Source: Acidimicrobiales bacterium (GTDB taxonomy: Bacteria > Actinomycetota > Acidimicrobiia > Acidimicrobiales > Bin134). From it: a stretch of 64,000 nt of DNA. Below the pieces are notes generated by a model. That model was not told where the DNA came from and made no database searches. It saw only the letters and a list, made by a program, of their open reading frames with translations. A program made the position numbers and the translations under genes. The stretch spans positions 3,138,929 through 3,202,928 of the forward strand of contig OZ242356.1 in NCBI GenBank assembly GCA_965208785.1, written 5' to 3'. This document shows, in pieces, positions 16,520 through 27,047 of this stretch (positions are counted from its first letter, which is position 1; each line of letters opens with the position of its first letter).

Positions 16520-18043
16520 ATGACTACTGGACTTCAACCCCAAGTTGACGAGGCTGTCCGCCATCTTCGACAAGCAGGCACCGATCTCCAGAACATCGAG
16601 GTCAAAGCGGCCAGTGGTGGCCTTCCACGCTCTGCCAAGGAGTCGGTGTCGGCATTCGCCAACACCCGCGGCGGCATTATCATCCTTGGGCTGAGCGGCG
16701 GCGACTTCCTACCAGTTCCCATCGATGCTGCAAAGCTCGCCGCCGATCTCGCTTCGGTTTGCGCCAACGAAGTAGAGCCCCCGATCAGAGCCGAGTTCGA
16801 CATCGCCCATGTAGAGGGCCACCCAGTAGTGGCAGCTTTGGTGGAGGAACTGCCGACCGGGCGCAAGCCTTGCTTTGTAAAGAGCAAGGGCATGGAAAGC
16901 GGGTCGTACATCCGAACCCATGACGGCGATTACCGTCTGAGCTCCTACGAAATACACATCTTGGTGTCGGGTCGGGGACAACCACTTGACGATATGGCAG
17001 TAGTCGGGGGAGCGAGCGTCGCCGACCTCGATGATGACCTCGTCGCTTCGTTGTTGAATCGCATTCGCAACAGGCGAGGGCAGACAATGGCCTCGCAGAG
17101 CGACACCGACATCCTAAAGATGCTCGGCGTGATAGTCGGAAATGGCCACGAGCCATCAATCACTCTCGCTGGCCTCATGACACTTGGGCGATTCCCGCAG
17201 CAATTCGTTCCCCAGCTCAATGTGACATTCGTAGCGTTTCCCACCGTAACCGGAAGACCGCTAGAAGACGGCACTCGATTTCTGGATAACGAACCCATCG
17301 ATGGGCCGATACCCGCGATGGTGGCCGGTGCGCTGGCCGCGGTGCGGCGCAACATCACTCGCCGATCGGTAGTCACCGGAGCGGGCCGGCTGGATGTCTG
17401 GGAGTATCCCGATGAGGCAGTTCGTGAGATCGTGGGAAATGCCCTAATGCACCGGGACTACCACCCCTCATCGCACGGTTCCCAGGTGAGAATCGAGCTC
17501 TACCCTGACCGACTAGAGGTGGTGAACCCCGGTGGACTCCACGGTGAGATCAACAGAGATCACCTGTTTTCTCGACCAGTCACGTCTTCACGAAACTCCC
17601 GGCTCGCCAAGTTGCTTGAGGACATCGAAATCCCATCGACCAATACAACCGTGTGCGAAAACCGAGGGTCGGGTCTGCTCGCTGTCGCAGCCTCGCTCCA
17701 AAATGCAGGTCTTCACCGGCCAGTATTCGAGGACAGCATCAGAAACTTCACGGTGAAGCTCCAGGGTGCTACCTACCCCTTGGATCACTCAAGTGGGTCA
17801 CGTCACGACAATGTCGCCCAAAGGAGTTCGAGAGAATCGCCCCGCGACAAAATCAGAGCACTGTTGACTAAAGGCCCTCTACCTGCCAAAGACCTCGTTG
17901 AAGAACTCGGCATGAGCAGAGGGGGGGTGCTCCGATGGCTGCGAATTATGGAAAGAGACGGAGAGATCGAGACGACTGAGGCAGCAAGGCGAAGCCCCCG
18001 CAACCGCTGGCAGCTTGTGGTCTCAGATTTCACGACACGCTGA
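16520..18043 (+). CDS. AlbA_2 (Schlafen-like) + HATPase_c_4 + C-terminal wHTH putative regulator/DNA-binding protein
   Basis: IEVKAASGGLP...AFANTRGGIIILG matches AlbA_2 and REIVGNALMHRDY matches HATPase_c_4. The C-terminal LRWLRIMERDGEIE looks like a wHTH. Confidence 0.7.
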   Translation: MTTGLQPQVDEAVRHLRQAGTDLQNIEVKAASGGLPRSAKESVSAFANTRGGIIILGLSGGDFLPVPIDAAKLAADLASVCANEVEPPIRAEFDIAHVEGHPVVAALVEELPTGRKPCFVKSKGMESGSYIRTHDGDYRLSSYEIHILVSGRGQPLDDMAVVGGASVADLDDDLVASLLNRIRNRRGQTMASQSDTDILKMLGVIVGNGHEPSITLAGLMTLGRFPQQFVPQLNVTFVAFPTVTGRPLEDGTRFLDNEPIDGPIPAMVAGALAAVRRNITRRSVVTGAGRLDVWEYPDEAVREIVGNALMHRDYHPSSHGSQVRIELYPDRLEVVNPGGLHGEINRDHLFSRPVTSSRNSRLAKLLEDIEIPSTNTTVCENRGSGLLAVAASLQNAGLHRPVFEDSIRNFTVKLQGATYPLDHSSGSRHDNVAQRSSRESPRDKIRALLTKGPLPAKDLVEELGMSRGGVLRWLRIMERDGEIETTEAARRSPRNRWQLVVSDFTTR

Positions 18044-18085
18044 ACCCGACGAAAGCCCACGCCAGCGGCCTCCAAGTTGGGGGAC

Positions 18086-19312
18086 TCAAGTCCCCATGGG
18101 CTGGAGTTCGTCTTCCAGGCCTTCTTCTTCGCGGACCAGGTTCCAGCCGAAGCGCTCGGCTAGGGCTTCGCGGCCTTCGTCGGGGCCGCTGGCGATGATC
18201 TCGTCGCCGGCATAGAGCATGGCGCTGCCCCGGGGGCGGTAGATGTAGCGGCCGGCCCGGCGGATGGCCAGCACGGTGAAACCGGGCTCGATGTTGAGGG
18301 CCAGCTCCTTGAGCGAGGCCCCATCGGCGCCGCTCAAGCGGGCCACCGGCAGCTCGACCACCACCTCGTCGGAGTCGCCGAGGGCGATCTCCAAAATGGG
18401 GTGGACCTCTTCGCCCTGTTCCACCAGTGCGATCATCTGGCGGGCCTGATCCCCGATGTCCTCGGCTGCTTGGCCCAGATGCAGCAGCCCCCGCAATGGC
18501 GAGGGATCGATGTTGTTGGCCGCCGCCCGCAGCACCCACAGCTCCAGTTGGTGGTTCATCTCGTCGAGGCGCCCCTCCAGAAGCCGCACCTGGGCGGCCA
18601 GTCCCCGGTCGTTGAGCACCAGCGCCGAGTAGGCCAGCCCCACCGCGGCCTCCGACAGGTCCTTCATCTCCACCAGCACGTCCACCGCCCGATCCAGATC
18701 GGAGATCCAGGGGTCTTCGGGGGCCACCGGCTCCTCCCACATGGGCGCGGCGGCCAGTTGGTGCAGCCGCATGATGCCCGCGGGCGAGCCTCGCAAAAAC
18801 AGCACATCGTCGGGCATCATGAGCTGATCGCCGCCCACATCGGTGATCCAACTGCGGTCCCGCCGGATGGCCATCACCCGCATCCCGGCCACCACGGGCA
18901 GCTCCAAGTCGCCCAGAGGACGGCGCACCATATGCGATCCCTCCCGCACCACCAGCCGATGCGATACCTCCTCAGCGCTGGACAAGTCGGCCACCAACTC
19001 GGCGGGGATTCCCAGCCGGCGGCTCACGATCCGGGAGATGTCCACCGCGTCGTTGGCGATCCGCTCGATGGCGCTGATCACCTGGAGCACCGACGACATG
19101 CCCTCGGCCTCCCGGGGGTGGCGAACCGCCATGATGCACACCGCCCGCATGTCCTGCACCAGCGCGGTCATCTGGACCTCGAGCTCGTCGACCTCGGTGG
19201 CCATGTCAGGATCGCCGAAGTACAGAGCGGCGTAGGCCAGATCGACCATCAGCTCGGAGAGGTCTTTGGCCTCGGCGAGCATGGCCCGAAGATTGCGGGG
19301 TTTATCGTCCAT
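18086..19312 (-). CDS. PhoU-like/TrkA-C (RCK_C) domain regulatory protein
   Basis: Two repeats of PhoU-like helices (DLAYAALYFGD, GLAYSALVLND), each followed by an RCK_C-like segment. Sits adjacent to an MgtE-like membrane protein. Confidence 0.6.
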   Translation of the reverse strand: MDDKPRNLRAMLAEAKDLSELMVDLAYAALYFGDPDMATEVDELEVQMTALVQDMRAVCIMAVRHPREAEGMSSVLQVISAIERIANDAVDISRIVSRRLGIPAELVADLSSAEEVSHRLVVREGSHMVRRPLGDLELPVVAGMRVMAIRRDRSWITDVGGDQLMMPDDVLFLRGSPAGIMRLHQLAAAPMWEEPVAPEDPWISDLDRAVDVLVEMKDLSEAAVGLAYSALVLNDRGLAAQVRLLEGRLDEMNHQLELWVLRAAANNIDPSPLRGLLHLGQAAEDIGDQARQMIALVEQGEEVHPILEIALGDSDEVVVELPVARLSGADGASLKELALNIEPGFTVLAIRRAGRYIYRPRGSAMLYAGDEIIASGPDEGREALAERFGWNLVREEEGLEDELQPMGT

Positions 19313-19363
19313 TGTCAGGTCTCCCCAAGATAGCCATCGGATTCAAAATGAGTCATTTGCCCT

Positions 19364-20620
19364 TCACCCCGCACCCACAGCCTCGATGGCGAACACCAGG
19401 GTGAGGGCGCCCACCAAATCGAGCACCGCGGTCACCGTGGGGATGCCCACGGAGTCGGGGTCGATGCCGAAGCGGACGGCGGCGATGGTCCCGTAATAGG
19501 CCACCGCCACCACCACCACCACCGCCAGGATTCCGCCCACCAGAGCCACCCCCACCAACCGCTCCACCCCCGGCCCGGCCAGATCCACCAGCGATCCCGC
19601 CCCTTGCGACACCAGGGCCACGATGGCGAACACCGGCAGCGCCAGCCCGATGGTCACCCCCACATCGGTGCGGGCCCCCCGATGGGGCACAAGCGAGGGG
19701 CCGATCAAGCCCAGGTGAAGCTTGCTGGACAGCCGATTGGCCAAGATGCCCCCCAGGGCGCCGGCGGTGGCCAGAAAGCCGGGGATCAGAACCAGCAGTA
19801 CCGGGCGCTCGGAGAACACCTCGAACCGGTTCTCCACCGTCACCCCGGCCATCAGCGACAAGAACCCGGCCAGCACCAGCACCGGAACCGACTCCCGCAT
19901 GACGGTCCGCAGCTGGGGGGCATTGGAGCGGAGCGCGCCCACCAGCGACACAATCGCAGCAACCGCCACTGCCCCGGCGATCACCGGAGTCACCACGTCG
20001 ATGCGCACCAGATAGGAGGCCAAGATGAGCGCGGGCAGGGTCAACACGTCGCCCGCGGCGGTCACCATGGGGGCGGTCACATTGTCGGGGTCGAGACCCC
20101 AGCGCACCGACCCGGTGGCCATGCCCAGCGTCACCAGCAGCACGAACACCGAGGCCAGCAGCCCGCCCACCACCGAGATGACCACGTAGTCGGCCACACC
20201 GATGGCGTTCTCCACCCCGAGATTCGAAGCCATCGCCGAGGCCAGCAGGGCCAGCACCAGCGACATCAGCAGGGTCAACACCAACGATGCCCACACGTTC
20301 TGGCCCACCACGCTGGACGAGCGCAGCGACAAGCGGAACGTTCCGGCGTGGATGGCGGTGCCCAGCCGGCTGCCCAGCGCCCCGAAGATCTTCCCCGGCA
20401 GGGCTATGGCCGCCGGCACCAGCAGCAAGAGGCCGGGCAGCTCGGCCAGGCGCTCGTGGCTCCGGCCCAACACCACGCCAGCCACCACGCTGGTCACCGC
20501 CAGGATGCACAGCGCCCCCAGCGACTGGCGCACACCCCGGGGGTCGGGGCCGAGCAGCCGGACCACATGCAGCCTGCTGCCCGACCGCCGGATGAGCGAG
20601 AGCACTGTGCGGGAGAGCAT
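19364..20620 (-). CDS. MgtE-like divalent cation transporter membrane protein (two-repeat)
   Basis: Start taken at MLSRTVLSL (cat at 20618-20620). Polytopic, internally duplicated hydrophobic protein. The upstream part of the 528-aa ORF is Arg/Pro/Gly-rich, which looks like a high-GC artefact. Confidence 0.55.
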   Translation of the reverse strand: MLSRTVLSLIRRSGSRLHVVRLLGPDPRGVRQSLGALCILAVTSVVAGVVLGRSHERLAELPGLLLLVPAAIALPGKIFGALGSRLGTAIHAGTFRLSLRSSSVVGQNVWASLVLTLLMSLVLALLASAMASNLGVENAIGVADYVVISVVGGLLASVFVLLVTLGMATGSVRWGLDPDNVTAPMVTAAGDVLTLPALILASYLVRIDVVTPVIAGAVAVAAIVSLVGALRSNAPQLRTVMRESVPVLVLAGFLSLMAGVTVENRFEVFSERPVLLVLIPGFLATAGALGGILANRLSSKLHLGLIGPSLVPHRGARTDVGVTIGLALPVFAIVALVSQGAGSLVDLAGPGVERLVGVALVGGILAVVVVVAVAYYGTIAAVRFGIDPDSVGIPTVTAVLDLVGALTLVFAIEAVGAG

Positions 20621-20640
20621 GAGGACGACTTCCCGCCCGG

Positions 20641-21570
20641 CTACCCCGTCGCGGCCTGGCCCAGTTGGCGCAGACGCACCTGGCAGTCGTCCCAGGCCTC
20701 CCACAGGATGTCGGCCACTGGGCGCACCTCGTCGATGCGGCCCATCACCTGGCCGCCGAAGGGAACGGCAACGTCCATCTGCCCACCGAAGTACTGGTCC
20801 ATGAGCCGGTCTAGGCCGGGCATCTGCACCTGGTCGCGGTGCTCCATCTCGGCGGTCAGCTCGGTGCGCAGCGCCCGCATGCCGGGGCGGCCGAACCGGT
20901 TCAACAACACGGTGTCGGTCTCGGCTGCCGCCACCACCGCCTGCTTCCAATTGTCATGCACCGGCGACTCGGCCGCCGACAGCATCCTGGTGCCCATCTG
21001 CACCCCGTCGGCCCCCAAAGCCAGGGCCGCGGCCATGGACACGCCATCGCAGATGCCCCCGGCGGCGACTACCGGCACCTCCACCTCGGCCACCACCAGC
21101 GGGGTGAGCACCATGGTGGACGACCCGTGGGGGTTCTTGAAGCCGCCGCCCTCCACCCCCTCCACGATGAGCCCGTCCACCCCGGCATCCACTGCCTTGA
21201 GGGCCCCGCGCAATGTGGGCACGACATGGAAGACCGTGATCCCGGCGTCTTTCAGCATCGCGGTGAACCGGTTGGGGTCGCCCGCCGAGGTGGTCGCAAA
21301 CCCCACGCCGTGCTCAATGACGAAGTCGATCACGGTGGCGTCGGGCATCAGCAGCTGGGCGATGTTCACCCCCCACGGGCGGTCGGTTAGATCGCGCATC
21401 TTGGCGATCTCCACCTTGATGTCGTCGAGCTGGCCCGAGGAGGTCTCGATGATGCCCATGCCCCCGGCGTTGGACACCGCCGAGGCCAGCTTGGCCCGGG
21501 CGATGTAGCCCATCGGGGCCTGCACCACTGGGATGTCGATGCCCAATAGATCGGTGATGCGGGTTTTCAT
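20641..21570 (-). CDS. Nitronate monooxygenase / NAD(P)H-dependent flavin oxidoreductase (NMO family)
   Basis: N-terminus ITDLLGIDIPVVQAPMGYIA...SNAGGMGII and GADGVQMGTR are NMO signatures. Confidence 0.8.
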   Translation of the reverse strand: MKTRITDLLGIDIPVVQAPMGYIARAKLASAVSNAGGMGIIETSSGQLDDIKVEIAKMRDLTDRPWGVNIAQLLMPDATVIDFVIEHGVGFATTSAGDPNRFTAMLKDAGITVFHVVPTLRGALKAVDAGVDGLIVEGVEGGGFKNPHGSSTMVLTPLVVAEVEVPVVAAGGICDGVSMAAALALGADGVQMGTRMLSAAESPVHDNWKQAVVAAAETDTVLLNRFGRPGMRALRTELTAEMEHRDQVQMPGLDRLMDQYFGGQMDVAVPFGGQVMGRIDEVRPVADILWEAWDDCQVRLRQLGQAATG

Positions 21571-21607
21571 GGCGCCAGCCTCATCGCCTGCGGCATCCTC
21601 GGTGAAA

Positions 21608-22753
21608 TCACCGCCGCCGCCCAGGGCCGAACCCCCGCCGTCGTATCTCGCTCAGCAAGGGGGGCAGCGGGCGACGCAGGGGGCGATAGAACAGCGGCAG
21701 CCGGTGATAGGGAGAGGGCCGGTCGGTGCTCCACTTACCCGGCGGGGCGGAGGTGATCGAAGCCAGCCCCACCAGGCAGTTGTCGTAGTTAACCCGCCAT
21801 CCGGCGTAGTCGCGCCACGCCTGATCACGGTCTTCCACCACCGGGACCCCCGCATTCCGCAGCGTCTCGCAGGTGTCGTCGAACTCGTGGCGGCACACGG
21901 TGATCGGGCCTGTGGGCGCCGGGTCGGGGTCGTATTCGATGGCGAAGAAGTCGGCGATGTTGCGCAGCGCCACGTAGCCCGCCCGGATCATGTACGGCGC
22001 CCCGGGCGAATGGGGCACCGCCACCGCCGACAACATGATGGCAGCGGTGTCCAGGATGCAGCCCGCCGCGGTCACCCACGACCGGTCGGAGCGCACCGAA
22101 CGGAAAAAGGCCAGCGCCGGGTGGGTCTGGTGGGTTTCTTCAATGTGGATGAACCAGTGCTCCCACTCGGTCCAGGTCTCGCCCATGTTCGCGAGGCCGC
22201 CGGTCTCGTGGGCCAAGATGATCATGGCCTCGGGCGTGGGCGGGTTACCGGCCCGAATCTCCAGGCGGGCCACTGCGGCCTCCCGGGCGCTGAACGCGCT
22301 GTGCATAACCGGCAAAAAGCTGATCAGCAGCGCCACGATGCCGAGACCGATGAGCGCCTCGGCCACCACCAGAACCTGCGTAAATAGGTCGGTGGCCACC
22401 CAATAGCCCAGGGTGGTGAGCGACCATCCGCTCAATACCAAAGCCTCCCTGTAGGGGCGCACGTCCAGCGCCCAGAACATCAGCGAAAACCCATAGATCA
22501 CGCCGGCAGCCCACACCATCGGCAGCAGCATGAGCGTGGTAGGCGCGTAGCGGGCCAGCAGCGCATCGCGAGCTTCGTATGTCTTGCGCCGACGGGCGAA
22601 CATCGAGAACAACAGCCCCACTCCCACATACACGAAGCGGACCACCAGGCTGCGCTCGGCCCGGGGAACCACCACGGTCTGAATGGCGAGCAAGAGCGTG
22701 CCCAAGGCGATCAGGGCCCCAACCGCAAACACCATGCCTTCAGCCGGGCTCAT
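21608..22753 (-). CDS. Integral membrane protein with a degenerate pore-loop-like motif plus a cytoplasmic domain
   Basis: 381 aa with N-terminal TM helices. SLTTLGYWVATD is reminiscent of a K-channel filter but degenerate. The first ~150 codons are duplicated at 26489-26939. Confidence 0.6.
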   Translation of the reverse strand: MSPAEGMVFAVGALIALGTLLLAIQTVVVPRAERSLVVRFVYVGVGLLFSMFARRRKTYEARDALLARYAPTTLMLLPMVWAAGVIYGFSLMFWALDVRPYREALVLSGWSLTTLGYWVATDLFTQVLVVAEALIGLGIVALLISFLPVMHSAFSAREAAVARLEIRAGNPPTPEAMIILAHETGGLANMGETWTEWEHWFIHIEETHQTHPALAFFRSVRSDRSWVTAAGCILDTAAIMLSAVAVPHSPGAPYMIRAGYVALRNIADFFAIEYDPDPAPTGPITVCRHEFDDTCETLRNAGVPVVEDRDQAWRDYAGWRVNYDNCLVGLASITSAPPGKWSTDRPSPYHRLPLFYRPLRRPLPPLLSEIRRRGFGPGRRR

Positions 22754-22760
22754 ACGGGAT
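22303..22760. repeat. 458-bp direct repeat, copy A
   Basis: Near-identical to 26489-26946 at a constant offset of 4186. Two substitutions were noticed (22582/26768 and 22706/26892). Confidence 0.9.
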
Positions 22761-22899
22761 AAAGACTACGGGACTGCTGACACCGCCTCGGTAAATCCGC
22801 CTACCCTCAATGCATGGCGAAGATCCAGACCGGCCCCGAGCCCACCAACGACGCCCCGGTAGGCACCGCCATCGGCGCAGTCCCGCCGAAGAGTCCTCC

Positions 22900-23127
22900 A
22901 TGAACCTGGTGTTCGACCAAGACCTCTCCAACCTCCAGCGAGCCCAGCGCGGCCTCCACCAGCCCAGCCTCGACCACATCGTGTTGAGCCGGGAGGAGAT
23001 GCGGATCATCAACCTCCACTACAACCTCGAAGAGTTCATCGGCATCCGCGAGCTCTCCGACGAGGCGGTTGCCGAAATCGAGGCCCTGCGCGCCCAGCCA
23101 GCAGCCATCGGCCCCGTCGTCGGCTAA
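22900..23127 (+). CDS. Hypothetical small protein (75 aa)
   Basis: Internal ATG of ORF 22810-23127. The C-terminal EIEALRAQPAAIGPVV is repeated as a remnant at 24376-24450. Confidence 0.35.
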   Translation: MNLVFDQDLSNLQRAQRGLHQPSLDHIVLSREEMRIINLHYNLEEFIGIRELSDEAVAEIEALRAQPAAIGPVVG

Positions 23128-23131
23128 GAGA

Positions 23132-23201
23132 AATACTCGGTTGAGCCGAGTATTCAATACTCGACTGAGTGGAGTATTGGATACTCCACTCAATGGAGTA
23201 T
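23132..23201. promoter_or_regulatory. Three tandem palindromes with an ATACTC-N7-9-GAGTAT core
   Basis: AATACTCGGttgagCCGAGTATT (23132-23154), CAATACTCgactgagtgGAGTATTG (23155-23179) and ATACTCCactcaatGGAGTAT (23181-23201). They lie between the small ORF stop and the ATPase start. Confidence 0.6.
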
Positions 23202-24302
23202 GCTTGGCGGGTGGATCGAAGTCCCTTTCCATACCATGGCCCGCTAGAAGCTGATCAGGTTTCTGGTCGAGAGAACCTTGTAGTCGACATCGCCCAACGC
23301 ATCACTGATCGCCGGCTCACTGCACTGGTTGGTCCCCGGCGCTACGGCAAGACCAGTTTGCTGAAGCGGGTGGCCGCCGACCTTGAAGCAGTTGGCCCTC
23401 AGCCGGTGTGGATCGATCTCTACCAGATGACATCGATGGCCGACCTTGCTAGCGCGGTCGACCGCGGACTTGCCTCCGTCGTAGGGCCGGTGCGCCAGGT
23501 GCTCGACTCCATCGCCAGCAGTGTTTCGCTGAAGATCGGAATGTTGGGTATCGAGCTCTCTCGCCGGCATAAGGAGAAAGCCGACCCCGTTCTGGCGTTG
23601 CGCTCCCTCATTGAAGTGCTGGTGGACACAAGCAGAAGGCATGACATATTCATTGCGTTCGACGAGTTCTCCGGAATCGCTGGGGTCGAGGGTGGCGCTG
23701 GCGTGCTGAGAACTGAGCTGCAACATCATTTCCAGTCGCTGGGCATCGTCTTCGCTGGTTCGGAACCCTCCGTCATGAGAACGCTGTTTAGCGAGCAGGC
23801 GCAACCTTTCTTCGCCCAAGCCGACCTTGTGGAGGTCGGGCCCTTGGCTGATGTAGCAGTATTCCGCATCATCGAAGACGGCTTCGATCGCACCAATCGG
23901 AGTACCGGTGGCGTTACCAGCCGCATCGCGGACTTCGCCAAAGGGCACCCGCAGCGAGCAATGCAGCTCTCTGACGCTGTTTGGAGGCTCGTCGAACCAG
24001 GCGGAACGGCCAATTCGCAGACCTGGGAGCAAGCCCTTGGCGAGGTGCGGGCCAACGTGGACACAGGATCGGAACGCGTCTTCGGATTGCTTCCAACCGG
24101 ACACCAAAAGACTCTCAGGGCGGTGGCCTCAGCCGAGAGCATTTACGGCCGTCAGGCACAGCTGCTCAACCTGTCGCCGGGCACCGCCAGAGGCGCGTCT
24201 GAGGCTCTGGTGGGAAATGGCCTCTTACGACACCAAGAAGGCCAACTCGCCGTTGTCGACCCCCTACTCGCCGATTGGCTACGCCGCCGCTTCCCCCTGT
24301 GA
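23169..24302 (+). CDS. Orphan AAA/Arch-type ATPase
   Basis: Walker A GPRRYGKTSLL and Walker B IFIAFDEFSG. Start ambiguous: GTG 23169 or ATG 23193, both inside the palindrome array. Confidence 0.65.
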   Translation: MEYWILHSMEYAWRVDRSPFPYHGPLEADQVSGRENLVVDIAQRITDRRLTALVGPRRYGKTSLLKRVAADLEAVGPQPVWIDLYQMTSMADLASAVDRGLASVVGPVRQVLDSIASSVSLKIGMLGIELSRRHKEKADPVLALRSLIEVLVDTSRRHDIFIAFDEFSGIAGVEGGAGVLRTELQHHFQSLGIVFAGSEPSVMRTLFSEQAQPFFAQADLVEVGPLADVAVFRIIEDGFDRTNRSTGGVTSRIADFAKGHPQRAMQLSDAVWRLVEPGGTANSQTWEQALGEVRANVDTGSERVFGLLPTGHQKTLRAVASAESIYGRQAQLLNLSPGTARGASEALVGNGLLRHQEGQLAVVDPLLADWLRRRFPL

Positions 24303-24460
24303 ACCTCACGCGATGAAGGCCCGACAAGCGGGCCTTCATGATGGCTGGATCGCCTCGGTGACCCAAAGCTGCGCCTCGGTGACCCAAGCCGAAATCGAGG
24401 CGCTGCGCGCCCAACCAGCCCAGATAGAACCTGTCATAGTCAAGAGCTAGCCTCCCCCGA

Positions 24461-24561
24461 ATGAATCGCCGTGAAACAGTCGAGCGAGCCGCGGAGCAGT
24501 GGGCCAAAGAGCTCACCGACGAATCCGGTCGCAACCGGCTGTTGTACTACCGAGTACTAAA
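24461..24561 (+). pseudogene. 5' stub of a DUF4011-type (Upf1-like) helicase gene truncated by ISL3
   Basis: MNRRETVERAAEQWAKELTDESGRNRLLYYRVLK resembles the LxDxSxRNRLLxFR N-terminus recalled for DUF4011 proteins. The reading frame runs into the ISL3 inverted repeat at 24562. Confidence 0.35.
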
Positions 24562-24669
24562 GCGGGTCTTCGCGTCGAAGCTGGGACTGGGGTGGTTTGA
24601 GGGTCGGCTTCTGAGTGGGGGGCCTCGCCGATTCTTGTGACTGTCAGATAGTCCAAGATTCAGGATGAA

Positions 24670-25946
<1,277 letters not shown>

Positions 25947-26004
25947 TGCTCCATCCTCTCAAGGAACAGAGCCTCCACCGAACCCGGAGCGATTCAGGAG
26001 GCCC

Positions 26005-26494
26005 TTGGTGGTTGAAGCTGGTTCAGGTGTCGGGTTCGGCGCGCTCGGTTTGGAGTTGGCCGGCGTCGAGGAGGTCCGGGGGGAGGTGGTGGTGCGGGTC
26101 CAGGCCCCTGGTGGGCGGCGGGTGTTCTGCGCTGGTTGCGGTGGCAGGGCGCGGTCGAAGGGGCGCCGCGAGGTGGTGTTGCGCGACGCGCCTGACGGCG
26201 GCGGGCGGCGAGCGGGCCGCCCCCGAGGCCGCCCCCGAGCTGCACCGCCTCGCCCGCACCCTCGACCGCTGGCGCACCGAGACCAACACCAGCGTCGCGA
26301 CCGGCACCCACAACGGGCGCACCGAAGCAGCCAACGCCAAGATCAAAGACGTCAAACGCTCAGCCAGAGGCTTCCGCAACTTCTCCAACTACCGACCCCG
26401 AATCCTGCTTGCCGCCGGACAAAACCCGGCCAAACCCAACCCGCCACAAAAATCCGAACCCCACGCCCCAGCTTCAACGCGAAGAGCCGCATAA
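26005..26494 (+). pseudogene. ISL3 family transposase, internally deleted and frameshifted
   Basis: N-terminal zinc-finger part (VFCAGCGGRARSKGRREVVLRDAP) is in one frame. The C-terminal part (HNGRTEAANAKIKDVKRSARGFRNFSNYRPRILL) is in another. Confidence 0.7.
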
Positions 26495-26939
26495 CCGGCA
26501 AAAAGCTGATCAGCAGCGCCACGATGCCGAGACCGATGAGCGCCTCGGCCACCACCAGAACCTGCGTAAATAGGTCGGTGGCCACCCAATAGCCCAGGGT
26601 GGTGAGCGACCATCCGCTCAATACCAAAGCCTCCCTGTAGGGGCGCACGTCCAGCGCCCAGAACATCAGCGAAAACCCATAGATCACGCCGGCAGCCCAC
26701 ACCATCGGCAGCAGCATGAGCGTGGTAGGCGCGTAGCGGGCCAGCAGCGCATCGCGAGCTTCGTATGACTTGCGCCGACGGGCGAACATCGAGAACAACA
26801 GCCCCACTCCCACATACACGAAGCGGACCACCAGGCTGCGCTCGGCCCGGGGAACCACCACGGTCTGAATGGCGAGCAAGAGCGTGCCCAAGACGATCAG
26901 GGCCCCAACCGCAAACACCATGCCTTCAGCCGGGCTCAT
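26489..26939 (-). pseudogene. 5' fragment (about 150 codons) of a paralog of membrane-protein gene 21608-22753, truncated at the ISL3 end
   Basis: MSPAEGMVFAVGAL...LISFLPVM is identical or near-identical to the intact gene, then diverges at 26489. Confidence 0.8.
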
Positions 26940-26946
26940 ACGGGAT
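26489..26946. repeat. 458-bp direct repeat, copy B
   Basis: See copy A. It begins exactly at the ISL3 right inverted repeat. Confidence 0.9.
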
Positions 26947-27047
26947 CCTGAACCACGACAGGCTGTCGGCGGCTGAGCGGGCGGAGATGGTGCGACTGCG
27001 CACGCAGAAAATGAAACCTGTCCAGGAGGGCCTACTAAATTGGTGCC

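Noticed and set aside
20621-20950. 110-aa N-terminal extension of the MgtE-like ORF, and similar extensions on the xsc (59879-60040), coaBC (47109-47189), rsmB (40941-41150) and hisG (38224-38643) ORFs.
   Set aside because: The extensions overlap the upstream genes and are R/P/G-rich. Conserved N-termini begin at internal starts.
18030-21508. Long alternative ORFs: 18030-18851 minus, 18401-19333 plus, 19353-20510 minus and 19604-21508 plus.
   Set aside because: All overlap well-supported genes (PhoU/TrkA-C, MgtE-like, NMO) in other frames or on the other strand. They have low-complexity R/G/P/H composition.
26005-26592. A 195-aa ORF that looks like a complete gene.
   Set aside because: It is a chimera. 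The ISL3 transposase N-terminal fragment reads across the internal deletion and the ISL3 end into the antisense strand of repeat copy B.
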